A stretch of 64,000 bases of DNA from the human T2T-CHM13v2.0 reference genome, Homo sapiens (GCF_009914755.1 NC_060929.1); one strand, 5' to 3'. Positions 42,492-57,400 are shown, counted from the stretch's first letter. Notes: generated by a model not told the origin, from the letters alone. Numbers and translations: made by a program.

Positions 42492-42851
42492 GTCTTGGTC
42501 CCTTTAGGCTTTTCTGACAAAAGACCATAAAATGGATCCAACAGAAATTTATTTCTCACATTTCTGGAAGCTGAGTTTATGACCAAGGTACCAACAGATT
42601 CCCTGTCTGGTGAGAGCTTGCTTACTGATTCATAGCTGGCCATCTTTTCACTGTAACCTCACATGGTGGAAGGGACAAGACAACTCTCTGCATCCTCTTT
42701 TATAAGGGCACTAATCCCATTCACAAGATTTGTAAACCTAATCACCCTCATGTCCGAATAACCTTCCAAGGTCCCGCCTCTTCGTATTGTCACATTGGTG
42801 ATTAGTTTTTAACTATGAATTCTGTGGGGACACAAACATTCAGGCCATAGC
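42492..42851 (-). mobile_element. MLT1A-like MaLR LTR
   Basis: CAACAGAAATTTATTTCTCACA, TTATAAGGGCACTAATCCCATTCA, GGGGACACAAACATTCAGGCCATAGC. Confidence 0.85.
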
Positions 42852-43599
42852 CGTTGATTTGAACTAATACTTTCTGTTATTTACATTTATAGTACATAAT
42901 TTTCCCGTAGGAGGAGCAGGCCAGAAAATTATGTTGAGTTTCATGTTTCTAGAGCTCTCTCTTCTGTTACTATTGTGAAGTTATATAACATGGCAATTAT
43001 ACTCTTAGATCAGTCACCCCTTCTGTGGCTTCCCACACTTTTAGCTGCACTTCTTCTGTCTCCTGATTGTTCCATTCTTGTGTAATTTGTATCCTATTTC
43101 TATCTGTTTTAACTCAATGTAAGGCTGAAAAAATGATTTTGTCCAGAAGAAATATAGATTTTGTTAATTTTGTAGTTTCACAGGCTGCAAACAACTTCAT
43201 CTCTCTGCAACCTTCTACACTTCATTTACACTCACGTTGTTGTTTGTAAAACCGCTTATGATTTAGTTGTCTCACCTTCAATGGGCCCAGCATCCTTTCT
43301 TGTCAATAGATTTGTCAACTCTAGGGTCCTTTGGTGTGTATTCCTTCCACAAACTTACTGCTATCACCTGTATCTGTAGTTATTGATGGTTTTTAACAAT
43401 CACCCTTTCATATATAGGGAGTTGGTTGGGATACTTTGTCACCTAAACTTTTTAGAGATGTTGCCAATGAATTGTCAGTTTCGCTGTCATGGTCATGGTT
43501 TTTCAATTTAATTTTATGTGAGAATTTGGGGAGAGATGGAAAGACAATGGGAGGCCATGTGGCTCTTATCACCTTCTTCCCTAGATCTCCTATTCCATT

Positions 43600-44620
43600 T
43601 TAAACCAACTCCTAACTGGTTTTTACTCCTCCAAATCATTAAATGTGCCTTTGCCTGAATCTCCAATGATTTGTATGTGTTATTTACTATGTTTCAATAT
43701 TAGGCCGCTTCTAATACTACCTATCTTCGCTATTTGACATAATCACCTTATCCTGTGAAAACATTCTTCTTTTGGCTCCCTAATTTTAATTGCTGGTATT
43801 GTTGTTTCTGCTACCTTGTAGACCACTCCTTCTCACTTTCATTTTCTTGTTCCGTCGTTTTCCTCATATCTTCAAGATGGGGAACACGATGGCGCCATGT
43901 ATTATTCTCTCCTTTGCATTTGTGTATCCTTGTGATATCCTGAAATCTCTTAGCTTCAAACAATTATGTCTGTTGAAGATGTTGATTTTTACATCTCAAT
44001 TCCTGATCGTTCCCACCTGAACTGAACTTGTATCTGACTATCTGCGTGACATATTTTTGGATGCTAATACATGTTTCAAAGCATATAAGTTCAAAACCGA
44101 ACTCGTGATAGATCTTCCAAAACCAACTACACCACAGTCTTCACTTCTATTATGGGAAATCTACCCTTCCAGTCACTAATTCCAAAGACTTTTGACTCTT
44201 CTCCTTGACCCTAATATCCATCAATCTGCAAGTATGGTTTGTTCTAGCTATATGTACAAAAACCAATTGCTTTTTACATCTCCTCTGAGACCACCATTGT
44301 CTCTTGCCTCCTTCCTGATATAAACAGATTACATCATTGTTTGCCTAAAATTTTTTCTAAATATAATTCCCAGATGGGTCAAGTTTAGGCACAATTCAAG
44401 TCAATCTTCTGCTCATAAAACTTCAAATGATTTTATGTGTCACTAACTTCCTTGAAATGATTTATAAGGGTCCATATAAATTATGCCCTTCTTCCTCAAC
44501 AATCTCAAAATCTAATACTGTCGAATTTGCTGGCTGTATTTCAGCTGTATTGGCCTCCTTGTTCATTCATGAACATAGTAAGAACACACAAAAATATCAT
44601 CTGAATAAAGAAATATGTAT
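43600..44620 (+). mobile_element. L2 3' region
   Basis: CTGACTATCTGCGTGACAT..TTGGATG..TTCAAAACCGAACTC L2 core; ends CTGAATAAAGAAAT. Confidence 0.7.
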
Positions 44621-45094
44621 GTAACACTTCTGAGTTATTACATGTCATACACCTTTTAAACACTTTTAATATGTACCTGTTATGCATATAGTTCATATTT
44701 TCCAAGGAATAGAGATTTATTTAATTCACTAAGGAGAAAACCACCAGGATAGTAAAAGTTATTCAAATAGAATTTTAAAAAGTATGAGCATTGAAGAAAG
44801 AATGTTGACATAAGATCACATGGTCAGATCCAAAGATATTTAGTATACTGCAAGGCAATAATAATCTTAAAATTATTTGAAGTTTATTTTTTAACTGAAT
44901 AGCTTGTATCTCTAGTGAACACGTTTTAATACACCTTTACAGAGTAAATAGTTAACAAAGTACATCCTCTAGAGAATTTAATAATCCTGAAGTTCATCAG
45001 TAAGTCAAGGCTCCAGTCGGATACTTGAAATGTCACTCAACTACCCTTTTGCATTATTTTCAAGTTATTGAAATATTTCTTAACAATGAATACA

Positions 45095-45230
45095 CTTTTA
45101 ATGCACACTTTAAGCTTGTGGAAACTGAGGAATGGAAAGACTGGATCACTTGCCCAAGATCACTTATGAATAAATGTCAGAGCCAAGGTTTGAATGCAGA
45201 AATGTGATTCCAGAGACATTTCTCTTAATA
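45095..45230 (-). mobile_element. MIR
   Basis: GGAAACTGAGG..ACTTGCCCAAGATCAC..CAGAGCCAAGGTTTGAA. Confidence 0.75.
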
Positions 45231-46251
45231 ACGATAGGATGCTAACATAATTTTGCAATAAGCCACCCTAATTTAAAAGTGAAGTTCAGATAAACTGAGG
45301 GAACAAAAAAAACCCTACAAAACACAGTGATTTAAAGAACAAAAAGTGTCCTTCTTTCCTATGTCACTGTTCAGGGCAAGGGATGTTCATTTTAAGGTCA
45401 CCTATGTTGTTACCTCTCCGGTCACCTAGATGGGGAAAAGTCCACGGAGGAGTGTCTGTGTGGATATGAAATTTTTATGCACCAGTCAAAACACATATCA
45501 CTGGAACTATTTTTTTCAAACAAAAATTTGTGGTGTGACCTTGTCTAACTGCAGGAATCAGAGAACTGTCGTTTAGCTATAGGCATAGAGTAGGGAGTAG
45601 AGGTGAATATTGTTTAACAACTAGTAATTTAAACTACTTTTATACATATTGACTTGAAACTTGTTACTTAACTTAATCATATATTATTAACATCTCCCCA
45701 TGTTCACAAATAAATATATTTACAATAATTTTAATCTTTTGATAGTTTTATTATTTTAAAAATCTCTATATTATTTCGTTATATTTCTACTGCTGGTCTT
45801 TTATATTTTTCTGAATTTACTATACTAAGAGTGCTGCAATAGATATCCCTACAGCTAAACCTTTGAATACATTCATAAAATCCTTTTGGAATAAAGTTTA
45901 TAAATGTGAGATTGTGGGGCAATGCCCTGTACACATTTATATTTTACATTTTGCTGAAGTATGGTCTCACTATCAAAGCAAGAGTGCTCTTCTTTAAGTA
46001 CGCCCTTATTGAAACTACACAGAATAATTTTTAAGATTTTATATTTGATCATTTGACTGGGGAAATATTATGTCTTCTTATTTTTATCTATACTTAATGC
46101 CATTGACATTAATTAATTCATTAATTTCCCCTAAGTAATCATTGTAATTTTTCTCTTGTGAATTGATGTTTTTTCACATTTTCCTTTGCTGGAAGGTCAC
46201 CATTTTTAAGTGTTCTTTTATGTTTATACTTATAAAAAATAATATTAATTC

Positions 46252-46566
<315 letters not shown>

Positions 46567-46796
46567 AAATTATTTATCTTAAAAACTGCAGTTGTTTTAT
46601 CCCAATTTTTCAATTTTTAATGTATTTTTATAGGTAATTTAGTACTCTGCCAACTTAAGTGGCACAGGATACCAAAAAGACACCATATACAAATATATAC
46701 ATAAATATTTATTAGGGTAAATAAATTGTGTTAATATTATTTATGCTTTATTTACAAATATTAAAATTATTTTCATAACCATCAGTATATATTTCT

Positions 46797-47872
46797 CTAG
46801 TGGATTATCTTAGTGGTCTTAGCTCTTTATTCCTCTCTATATCCATGACCTTTGCCATATGGCTTTGCTGTATATGGCATATTTTATTTTTGAAAGTTGT
46901 CTTTCCACAATAACATGTTTCACCTTCCGTGCACTGATACAAAATGATTTTGCCACCTTTCATCAAGAGGTGAAATCTACTTCTTCTCCCATTGAATGAA
47001 GTCTGACCTAATAGCCATCTTGGAATCAATAGAATGTGGCAGATTATACACATCGTGACTTCCAGGGCTAGGACAGAAATGTGCATGCAACTTCTGACTG
47101 ATTCTCACTGGATGTTTTCTTTGGAGCAAGAAATTCCTACGTAGAAATCTGATGCCTCTGGAAACATCGTGCAGAGCTGGTCATATCTAGGCATTCTGGT
47201 TAGTAGTGCTAGCTGAGAACAAACTTGCTGCCATCTTAGTGCAAATGTCTAACAGTTTCATCCAGCCCACATGGATCTTCAAGGCGAGGCAACTCACCAG
47301 CTGAGCTGCACTCAGTGCACCCAGTTAACACCAGGAAAAGTAGAAGAATCATCCAGCCAGTCTGACCTATAGTTCAGATATTCAGAATCCATGATGTATA
47401 ATAAAATGTTGGTTGTTTTATGCCATTATTGGGACCAATTTGTTATGCGGTAGTGAAAACTAGAATATAACATCTTCTCAATTTGACTCCATTTGTCTTT
47501 TTTGATTAATAAGTTGTTAGCAGACATAACACAAGATGTTTAACAATTACTTACATATATATGCTTTTTTTTTTTTGTCCTTCTAAGGACATCACCATTA
47601 GAAGGATGTACCTGTGTTAGTCCACTGTTTTCAACTAGGTGGGGAGGCATACATATCACCAAACTGGTGCAACTAAGCTCAGCAGAAAAGCCTAACTTAC
47701 AGTGCAGAACCAGTCAATGAACAGCTACATGCATCAGCCCATTAACCCACAGACCCTTGAGCAAGCCCAGCTAGAATCAGCAGACAGCAATCAGGTTTGC
47801 CTGAACTCTAGCCAATATGCAGATGTGTTTTGTTTTGATTTGTTTTGTATTCTAGTAATACCTGACTGATAC
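46797..47872 (+). mobile_element. Nested old MaLR LTRs (MLT1G-like at ~46873-47469 inside MLT1H-like)
   Basis: Two MLT1 5' starts (TATCCATGACCTTTGCCATATGGCTTTGC; CATCAAGAGGTGAAATCTA) and two 3' ends (TTTGTTATGCGGTAGT..ACTAGAATA; TGACTGATACA). Confidence 0.6.
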
Positions 47873-50741
47873 ATATTCCAATAAGATTTCTTACTAACCA
47901 CAAGTTATTTGAGGTCAAAGACTTTGATATGTTATTTTATTGTATTCCACATGCTCCTTTGAACATAAGAAAACCCATTAAATTTGTTTAACTTAATTTA
48001 CGGTGTCTTATATCACAGCGTATTCAATTTTAAACATCTATATTTTTCTCCATCTTTAAGACCAAGTAATTGCATATGTTTAACTATGCCCTTGGTTTTA
48101 TTCTAACAATGGCAATACATGTTTACGAATATAGTTAAGTGGTATTTAGGGTGTACAGGCAGCTTAAGTAAATTATTCTAGATAATGTAGAGCAACATAA
48201 GTCAGCAAAACTGCAATCCAATCAGTGTAGTATGTAAAGAAATGTTAAGATTCACTAAAATTTTCAAAAAAGATTGTCATGATAAATAGAATCTAAATGC
48301 TTACAGCTTGTGTGTAATATAAATATCTCTTTTAGAGGGAGAGATAGAAGTTAGAGCTTAAAGATTCTGGTTTAATCTTCATTATACAAAAAAATAGAGG
48401 CAATTTAGGCAAGTTGTATAGTATATCTTTATCTTCATTTTCTTATTAGCTTTTAATAATACCTTCCCTTCTGCATGTAGATTTCTTTGTGTATATGTCT
48501 AAGTGTGATGAAGATAAGTGAGTAAAGACCGTAGTAAAGCACAAGGTAAGGTGGACATTGTTAAGGAAAGTGATAAGGTGGTTAGAAACTGTTTTTTCTC
48601 AACCACAAAGCACTTGCATATCATTTGTGTTTCAACATTGCAGTTTTGTAAACATATTGATGAACATAGACTTCCCAAATCTGTTACTCTATACTGACCC
48701 CGGAGAAATTGAGGAAAAAATTTGACTCAAAAAAAGAGCTATTAACATTGCCTTTACCCATATACTATGTGAGGTAGGCATCCCCCACAACCTCCATTTG
48801 TTTTGGGTCCTCTGCATGACAGAGCACTCTTAAAAGCTGGCTGAGTGGAGCTTTATTTCCTTATTCAACAGATGTATCTTGTGAAGACATCCAAAGTTAG
48901 TGGTAGAGCATCGTCAGACTTGATGAAATGAACGTATTCTTCCACTAAGTCTAGGTATGTTCTTGTGAACCCAATTCTTCAAAGTTTTAAATTTTCAACA
49001 GAATTGATAAAGCTATCTAGCATCAGCTACAAACGTAGTAGCACAAATCAACATATTTATATTGCAATCTAGAAGCAAGTTTTCTTACTAGAGCAGAAAC
49101 CATGCGATAATATAAATATTTACTGTGGAAGAGATTAGACTAGAAATTAATGTACGTGATTAAAAATTTAAAAAGCAGAGGCTTAGTGGTTTCTACTTTA
49201 CCATGATTCTTTCAGTGTCTAAAATCCATTTCGGAGAATTAAAACTCAATTCGAAGTCATTCCCTGCTGGTTATTCATAGGAGCATAGTTTTTTTTTTTG
49301 TTTTTGTTTTTGTTTTTTTTCAAATACACCAGTAAATGTACCCCAGTTTACAAAAAAAAAAAGGAAGGCCTTGTCTTCTCCCAAGGAGAATAATACTTAA
49401 TGTTCTCCAGTAATTTAGAATATTTTAGAAATATGAGAAACATTAAATAATAAAATGTCTTCACTCTGGATTTTTCTTAATTTCTTTAGCTCTCCTTTAG
49501 CTATCTCTTGTAAATTAAAATTTTATATTTTCATTGTGACTAAAATTTATATATTACTGGATCTTACTGTTAAATTTAATTTGGGTTCTATTAAAACACA
49601 CAACCCACTCTCTTTGGTATATGTATTATACACTATAAGAACGACTATCTTTGCTAAGTTAATTTCCTTGCAATTCTTGATTTCCAATCTTCTGCTCTTA
49701 TTTCTGCATTGATAAATCACTATCCTGACTGTAACCCTCTTTCTTGTAGGTTTTCTAACATTGATATTGTAAGAAAACATTCCATAGTTTGCTATTCTAG
49801 AATTTATTTTATTAGTAACTTTGGCTTCCCCAGAGAATCTGCCTTAACTGAAAATGGGGTGCAGTAGTAATTTCCCCAGTCTTTTTCCTCAGATTATTAG
49901 TATCCAATCAATCTTTTTTAAAAAAGAAATTTTATTTTTTTATTTTAGATTCAGGGGTACATGTGCAGGATTGTTACATTGGTATACTGCATAATGCTTA
50001 GGTTTGGAGTACAATTGATCCTGTCATCCAGGTAGTGAGCATATTATCCAATAGATAATATGCCACTTCGCCCCTCCTCCCTTCTCTGGTAGTATCTGGT
50101 ATCTATTGTACCATCTTTAGGTTCGTATGTATACAATGCTTAGCTTCCACTTATAAGTGAAAACATGTGGTATTTGGTTTTCTATTCTTGCATTAATTTG
50201 CTTAGTATAATGGCCTCCAGCTGCATCTATGTTGCTGCAAGGGACATGATTTTGTCGTTTTTGATGGCTGCATAGTATTCCATGGTGCATATGTGCAACA
50301 TTTTCATTGTTTAGCCCACCAAGGATGGACACCTTAGTTGATTCCATGTCTTTGGTATTGTGAATAGAGCTGTGATAAACATAAGACTGCATGTTCTTCT
50401 GCAGAATGATTTGTTTTCTTTTGGATATATACCCAGTAATAAGATTGCTGGATCAAATGGTAGTTCTGTTTTAAGTTCTTTGAGAAATCACCAAACATCT
50501 TTCCACAGTGGCTGTACTAATTTGCATTCCCACCACAGTGTATAACCATTCTCTTTTCTCTTCAGTCTCATTAGCATCAGTTGTTTTTTGACTTTTTAAT
50601 AATTTCCATCTTACTGGTGTGAGATGGTATCTCATTGCAGTTTTGATTTGCATTTCTCTAATGATTAGTGATGAGCATTTTTTCATGTTTGTTGGCTGCT
50701 TCTATGTCTTTTCTTTAAAAATTGATTTAAAGGAATTTTAG

Positions 50742-51036
50742 TTTTTGTTTTTGTTTTGTTTTTCTATATTTCTTCTCAAAAAAAAAAGGAATACATGTGC
50801 AGAAGGTGCAGGTTTGTTACACAGGTATACGTGCACCATGGGCTGCTGCATCTATTGACCTGTCCTCTAAGTTCTCTCCCCTAGCCCCCTACCCCCCAAC
50901 AGGCCCTGGTGTGTGTTGTCCCCCTCCATGTGCCCACGTGTTTTCATTTTCCAACACCCACTTATGAGTGAGAACATGCGGTGTTTGGTTTTCTGTTCCT
51001 GTGTTAGTTTGCTGAGGATGATGTTTTCCAGCTTCA
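50742..51036 (-). mobile_element. L1PA8-like 3' end nested in the older L1
   Basis: Second T tail, then AAAAAAAAAAGGAATACATGTGCAGAA...CCCACTTATGAGTGAGAACATGCGGTG. Confidence 0.85.
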
Positions 51037-51058
51037 CTGGGAAGTGTTAGTTCATGTT

Positions 51059-51152
51059 TGTATTAGTCAGGGTTCCCTAGAGGGACAGAACTAATGGAAT
51101 ATATATGTATCCATATATATATATACCATTGGGTACATATAGCCCATGAATC

Positions 51153-51187
<35 letters not shown>

Positions 51188-51189
51188 TG

Positions 51190-51220
<31 letters not shown>

Positions 51221-51358
51221 ATGTATATATATATATATAAAATGTGTGTGTGTATATATATAAAGTGTGTATATATATATATAGGGGAGTTTGTTAAATA
51301 TTATAAAGGGGGTGTGTGTATATACATATACATATATATATACATATATATACATATA

Positions 51359-51394
<36 letters not shown>

Positions 51395-51776
51395 CACATA
51401 CACATGTATGTATTAATTTACATGATCATAAGGTCCCACAATAGGCTGTCTGAAACCTAAGGAGCAAGGAAAGTCAGTCCAGGTCCCAAAACTGAAGAAC
51501 TTGGAGTCCAATGTTCAAGGGCAGGAAGCATCCAGCATGGGAGAAAGATGTAGGCTGGGAGACTAGGCCAGTCTCTCCTTTTTGGGTTTTTCTGCCTGCT
51601 TTGTATTTGCTGGCAGATGATTAGATTGTGCCCTCCAGATTAAGAGTGGATCTGCCTTTCCCAGCCCACTGACTCAAATGTTAGTCTCTTTTGGCAACAC
51701 CCTCACAGAGACACCTAGGGTCAATACTTTGTATCCTTTAATCCAGTCAAGTTGACAGTCAGTATTAACCATCACA
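51059..51776 (-). mobile_element. Solo ERVL LTR, MLT2A1-like, with expanded (TG)/(TA) tracts, nested in L1
   Basis: TGTATTAGTCAGGGTTCC...GTATTAACCATCACA; perfect TSD ATGTT (51054-51058, 51777-51781). Confidence 0.93.
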
Positions 51777-54123
51777 ATGTTCTTTGCCCATTTTTAATGG
51801 GGTAATTTGTTTTTTGCTTGCTGTTTTGTTTAAGTTTCTCATAGATTCTGAATATTAGACCTTTGTCAGAGACATAGTCTGCAATTTTTTTTTCCTTTTG
51901 TAGATTGTTTACATTGTTGATACTTCCCTTTTCTGTGCGGATGTTCTTTAATTTAGTTAGGTCCAACTTATCCATTTGTATTTTTGTTACAATTGCTTTT
52001 GAGGCTTTAGACATTTATTTTTGGGAAGGCCAATGTCAAGTAGGGTATTTACTAAGTTTTCTTCTAGGAATTTTATAGTTTGAGAACTTCCATCTAAATC
52101 TTTAATCTATCTTCAGTTAATTTGTGTACATGCTGAAAAGTAATGGTCCAGTTTCATTCTTCCATATATGGTTAGCCAGCTGTTCCAGCACTATTTATTG
52201 ACTAGAGAGTCTTTTTCCCATTCTTTGTCTTTGTCAATTTTGTTGAAGATCAGGTGGTCGTAGGTGTGTGGCTTTATTTCTGGTTCTCTATTTTTTTATT
52301 AATCCATTAGTCTGTTTTTGTACCAGTACCATCCTGTTTGGGTTACTGTAGCCTTATAATATAGTTTGAAGTTGAGTAACGTGCTGCCTCTGGCTTATTT
52401 CATTTTGTTTAGGATTGCTTTGCCTATTCAGGCTCTTTCTTGTTTCTACATGAATTTTGGAATAGCTTTTTTTCTAATTCTGTGAATAATGATGGTGGTG
52501 GTTTGATAGAACTGGTATTGAACCTAAATTGCTGTGGGCATTATGGCCATTTTTATGATATTGATTCTTCCAACCCATGAGCATGGGATGTTTTTCCACT
52601 TATTTGTGTCATCTCTGATTTCTTTCAGAAGTGTTTTGTAGTCCTCCTTGCAGAGATCTTTTGTGTCCTTGGTTAGCTGTATTCCTAGGAATTTCATTTT
52701 CTTTGTGCCTATTTTAAATGAGATTGTGTTCTTAATTTGACTCTGAGCCTAGATGTTGTCAGCGTATAGAAATGTTACTGATTTTGTATATTGATTTTCT
52801 AACCCGAAACCTTATTAAGATCATTTATCAGTTCTAGTAGCCTTTGGCAGAGTTTTTAGGGTTTTCTAGATATAATATCATGTCTTTAGTGAAGAGTGAA
52901 AATTTGCCATCTTTTGCTATTTAAATTCAAATTATTTTCTCAACTGAATACATTTTTTTTTCTGCCTCTTGCCTGATTGCTCTGACTAGGACTTCCAGTA
53001 CTATGTTGAATAGGAGTGGTGAGAGTGGGCATCCTTGTATTGTTCCCTTTCTTAAGGGGAATGGTGCCAGCTTTTGCCTGTTCAGTATGATGTTGGCTGT
53101 GTGTTTGTCATAGATAGCTCTTATTATTTTGATGTATGTTCCTTCAATGCCTTGTGTGTTGAGGGTTTTTAATCACAAAAAGATAACTGGATTTTAACAA
53201 AAGATCTTTCTGTGTCTGCTAAGATGATCATATGGTTTTTGTTTTTAATTACCTTTATACGGGGGACTCACATTTATTGATTTGCATATGTTGAACCAAC
53301 CTTATATCCTAGGTATAAAGCCTACTTTGTTGTGGTGAATTAAATTTTTAATGTGCTGCTGGATTCTGTTTGCTAATTTTTTTTGCAGATTTTTGTGTGT
53401 ATGTTCATCAGAGATATTGGCCTGATACATGAGTGTGTGTTTTGTTTCCATTGTGTTTATGCCAGATTTTAGTGTCAGGCTGGTGATGGCTTCCTAGAAT
53501 GAATTAGAGAGAAGCTTCTCCTCTTAGATTTTTTGGAATCCTTTTAAGAGAATTGGAACCAGGTCTTTGTAGATGCATTCTGAACACCTCTATGCACACA
53601 ACTTAGAAAATCTAGAGGAAATGGATCAATTTTTGGAAATGCAACCTCTCAAGATTGAACCAGGAAGAACGTGAAAACTTGTATAGAGCAATAGCAAGTT
53701 CTGAAACTGAATCAGTCATGAAAAAACCTACCAACTTAAAAAAAAATTCCCTGGTCCAGATGGCTTCCTAGCCAAATTCTACCAATAAATCTTCATCAAT
53801 ATATTCTTCCACTTATGCTGTTTTTGTTTTTGTTTTTGTTTTTTTACTATTTCCTAGATTATTCTACATATTCATCCATTTTGGGGAGCCAATGCTTTGG
53901 AGTTATTTTTGCTAGTGGTAAAACAATTCATTAATAAACACAAAGCAGAACAAACACACAACTTTCCTCAAGTCTTCCAGATGTTCAGTCAGTGTTAATA
54001 TCTAGATTTCTATTTCATTTCCATCTGATATTTCTCACATCAGAAAAGGAAGAGAAGAAAGAGAAACAGAAAACCCCAAGAAAGTAAAATGAATGAAAAG
54101 CTTATGTTCTTTATTAGGACAAC

Positions 54124-54495
54124 GTTGTGAACTGAATGTTTGTATACCTCCAAAATTTTTATGTTGAAATCCTAATTCTCAAAGTGATGGTATTGGGAGG
54201 TAGAGCCTTTGGGAAGAATCAGGTACATCTCTCATAAATGGAATTACTTGCCTCATAACAACAGACACAAGCGTTTGCCTTCTCTGTATCTCAGATCTCC
54301 ACCAGGTGAGGTTACAAAAAGGAAGATAGCCTTCTGCAAGCCAGGAAGCAGGTCCTCCACAGACAATGGATCTGCTGCTACTATGATCTTGGACTTCCCA
54401 GTCTCCAGAGCTGTGAGAAATTAATGTTTGCTGTTATAAGCCCCCACCCCCCAGTCTATGATAATTTGTTACAGTAGCCTGAATTGATTAAGACA
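54124..54495 (+). mobile_element. MLT1A-like MaLR LTR
   Basis: ACTGAATGTTTGT..ATGTTGAAATCCTAA..GATCTTGGACTTCCCAGTCTCCAGAGCTGTGAGAAA..TAAGACA. Confidence 0.85.
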
Positions 54496-57400
54496 GGCAG
54501 TTACCTACTTCCTTTTAATGTTTCACTGCTTAATGGATATTGACCACTCACTGTGTGTCAGTCTTGATTCTTTTTTATTGCTATCTTTAATTCAATAGCA
54601 TGCCTTTTTGGAATTATCATGATTTCCTCCCTAATCTTTAACCTATGACATACCACAACAGTAAGAGTTGATCTAAAAATAGTATGCTATGGCTTCAAAT
54701 ACTTGATTTTTGTCTTTAATGAGCAATACTAAACCCAAGTATTTCAACTCACACTATTAAACTGATTACATAGTTACCTGATTTGCAATAATGAGCCATT
54801 ATTGAAAGGAAAATATTTTACCGTTCTGTTGCTAATTGCTTTTGTGTTCTAGATTTGATGTAATGACAAATCCACTTAATATTCTTCCATTTTGTGACCA
54901 TTGTGCCTTTTATAATGAAAGATTTGTTTTAAATGCAGAGGTCAGCCTCTCTTTCTTTTCCTGTTTCCCATGTAGAAATTGGGTTTCTGACTTGTTAGCT
55001 TTAAAGGGGGTAAACAATTGTACACAGAATGGTGGAATATGTCATTTACTGACCTTGAAGTGTAGTTAAAGGACAAAAGCTATTTTTCCAGCAAATATGT
55101 AGAATGATGAATGATTGAATTTTACTGATGCCTTTACCTGTTATTGGAAGACAAACACATATATTATCCCATTTTTACTCTACTTTCCCTTCACTAAATT
55201 GTAGTAGAATAATTACAAAAAGCCATAAGTATTCTATTCACAATTATAGGCCTTTAAAGAGTAAGAAGGAATATTTGAAGAAGAAGAAAACAATTTGACT
55301 ATTTTTAACATATGCTTTGAGTTAATCTTCACTATCTTTCATTGAGAATTCTCCAATTGTGGTAACATCTGCATCTGGATAATTTATTATTTTTCCACAA
55401 GTCAACAATATTCAAAACAGAAACATTTTGCATATTGAATATTCAACTAAACAAAGTATCATTTTGTGCTTTCTTGTCTCTCTTCACAAAATAAAATCAT
55501 TTTGTTTCCTTAAAATCCAACAATTGTAATTGCAAACCAGTTTATGACTATCTTCCTCAAAACTGTGAGTATATTAATTGTTGAGCATATAAGCAACTTT
55601 TCATAAAGTGATTTCATTGTTTAAGATATAATGAGGAGAAATGGCATTTCAACAGATAATAAACTTTATTTTTCCCCCACAACAAAAATAATGCTTTCTG
55701 ATTTTCATTATAGATATGAAATTATCTGTACAAAAGAAGTGGGGATCCTTTCTTTACATGCATACTTCATCATTTTAGTTCAACAAACTTCTGAGTTTAC
55801 TTTTGAGACTATTAATATTCACATAGCGTATAGATCTTAAACTTTATAATGTACTTTCATTATACACATTCAAAAATTGTTCAGTTACTTAAGACCAGCT
55901 TGTATTAAGTGTTTTAAGCTATATCAATAAGCACACTGAGTGTTATAAATTACCAACTTCTAGCATATATAAATATGCCATGTTAATAGTTCATAGCATT
56001 TCTCTAATATTATTTTAGTTATGAAGAAAAGAAAACTTGAGACCCAGGAACACAATTAATAAATGTGAAAGTAGGACTTGAATACAGACTAGCTGAAAAA
56101 ACAATCTAATCTTGTTTTCCTTTTCTCTACTAATAAGGGTTACAAAATGAACTGGTATTGTAGAGTGGCAGGTGTAACAACTATAATAATGAAACTCATT
56201 TATAGATTCCTGTTGTGTGTCAGACACCTTAACACAGCAACTTGCATATCAGTATTATAACTTTATAAGTGAAAAAAAAAATCAGAACAGAAGTTAAGTG
56301 AAACTGCCCAAAGCGTGTTTTAAAAATAAAAGAACATTGAGTCTTACTTTCCACAGAGTTCAAATTAATTCTCCATACAGTAAATTCAATTACATAGAAT
56401 GCTATAAGGGGTATGAGAAATCTTGGTTAATTACTATATTTCCTAGAGAATATACGGATTAGCCATTTGAACAGTCTTGGAGCATAATAAAATTAGTTCA
56501 GTGCTAAACTCTGTTAAACGTATTATTTCTTCAAAGAACCAGAAAATATACTGGAATCTTAGAGTTCCTTGGAGTTATCATTATGAACAAAAATTATCAC
56601 TATTTAGCACGTAGAGGTTTGAGAAGGCTAAGATAATTGAGGGAAGTAGAATTCCAAATGAACTTTTACTGACTGTAGTTAGGTGTTAATCACTAGGATT
56701 CTAGGGTACTATTTAACATATTTCTTTTGCAGTGCGTTAAAGAAGGCCTCAATGCCCCACTAAAAGCAGTTTAGTTTTCTAAGTGTAAAAATTACCACCA
56801 AGATAAACTTGGCAATGGAAAAGAATTCAGTAGCCATTATTATTATATCCACTCCTATTGGTTAGCATAAACTATGTACCAATATTATTTCCTATTTAAT
56901 AATAAACTCTCTTGTAAATTTACACACCAAAATAATATACGTCCATTACATCTCACACTATTGCAGCCTATTACACTTACAAGATATGTAGATCTATGCA
57001 TACACACACACATATAATTTCTAGATATGAAAATACAAACATAGATATCAATATTGACATATTTTCTGTGTGAAAATAATTGTTATTTAGTAAGTCAAAA
57101 TTCCAAGTAACACATTGTATATAATAAATTGAAATTAAAAGCCAGTTTGTTTCATCTGTTCCATACAAACATATACTTAAATCATCATTATACTAAATCT
57201 ATCATTTTATTATATATATGGCAATCATTTTTCCATGTGCTAGTTAAAAGCATCATTTTATATAATATTTTTTAAAACAAATTTGACCATAGATAAAAGA
57301 ATGATAATAACAACTGATATTATTTTCTACATGTGCTTTATTTGCATTAAAATAATTTAAATTTTATAATTTTACTTTCAGGTAGGCACAATAACTTCCA

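Larger units (their letters stand above)
49916..53783 (-). mobile_element. L1PA15/16-like element with 5' inversion (inverted block ~53572-53783 on +)
   Basis: 3' end TTTTAGATTCAGGGGTACATGTGCAGG; antisense ORF2 to ~53571, then a sense ORF2 block; TSD CCAAT(C/A)AATCTT at 49904-49915 and 53782-53793. Confidence 0.9.
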
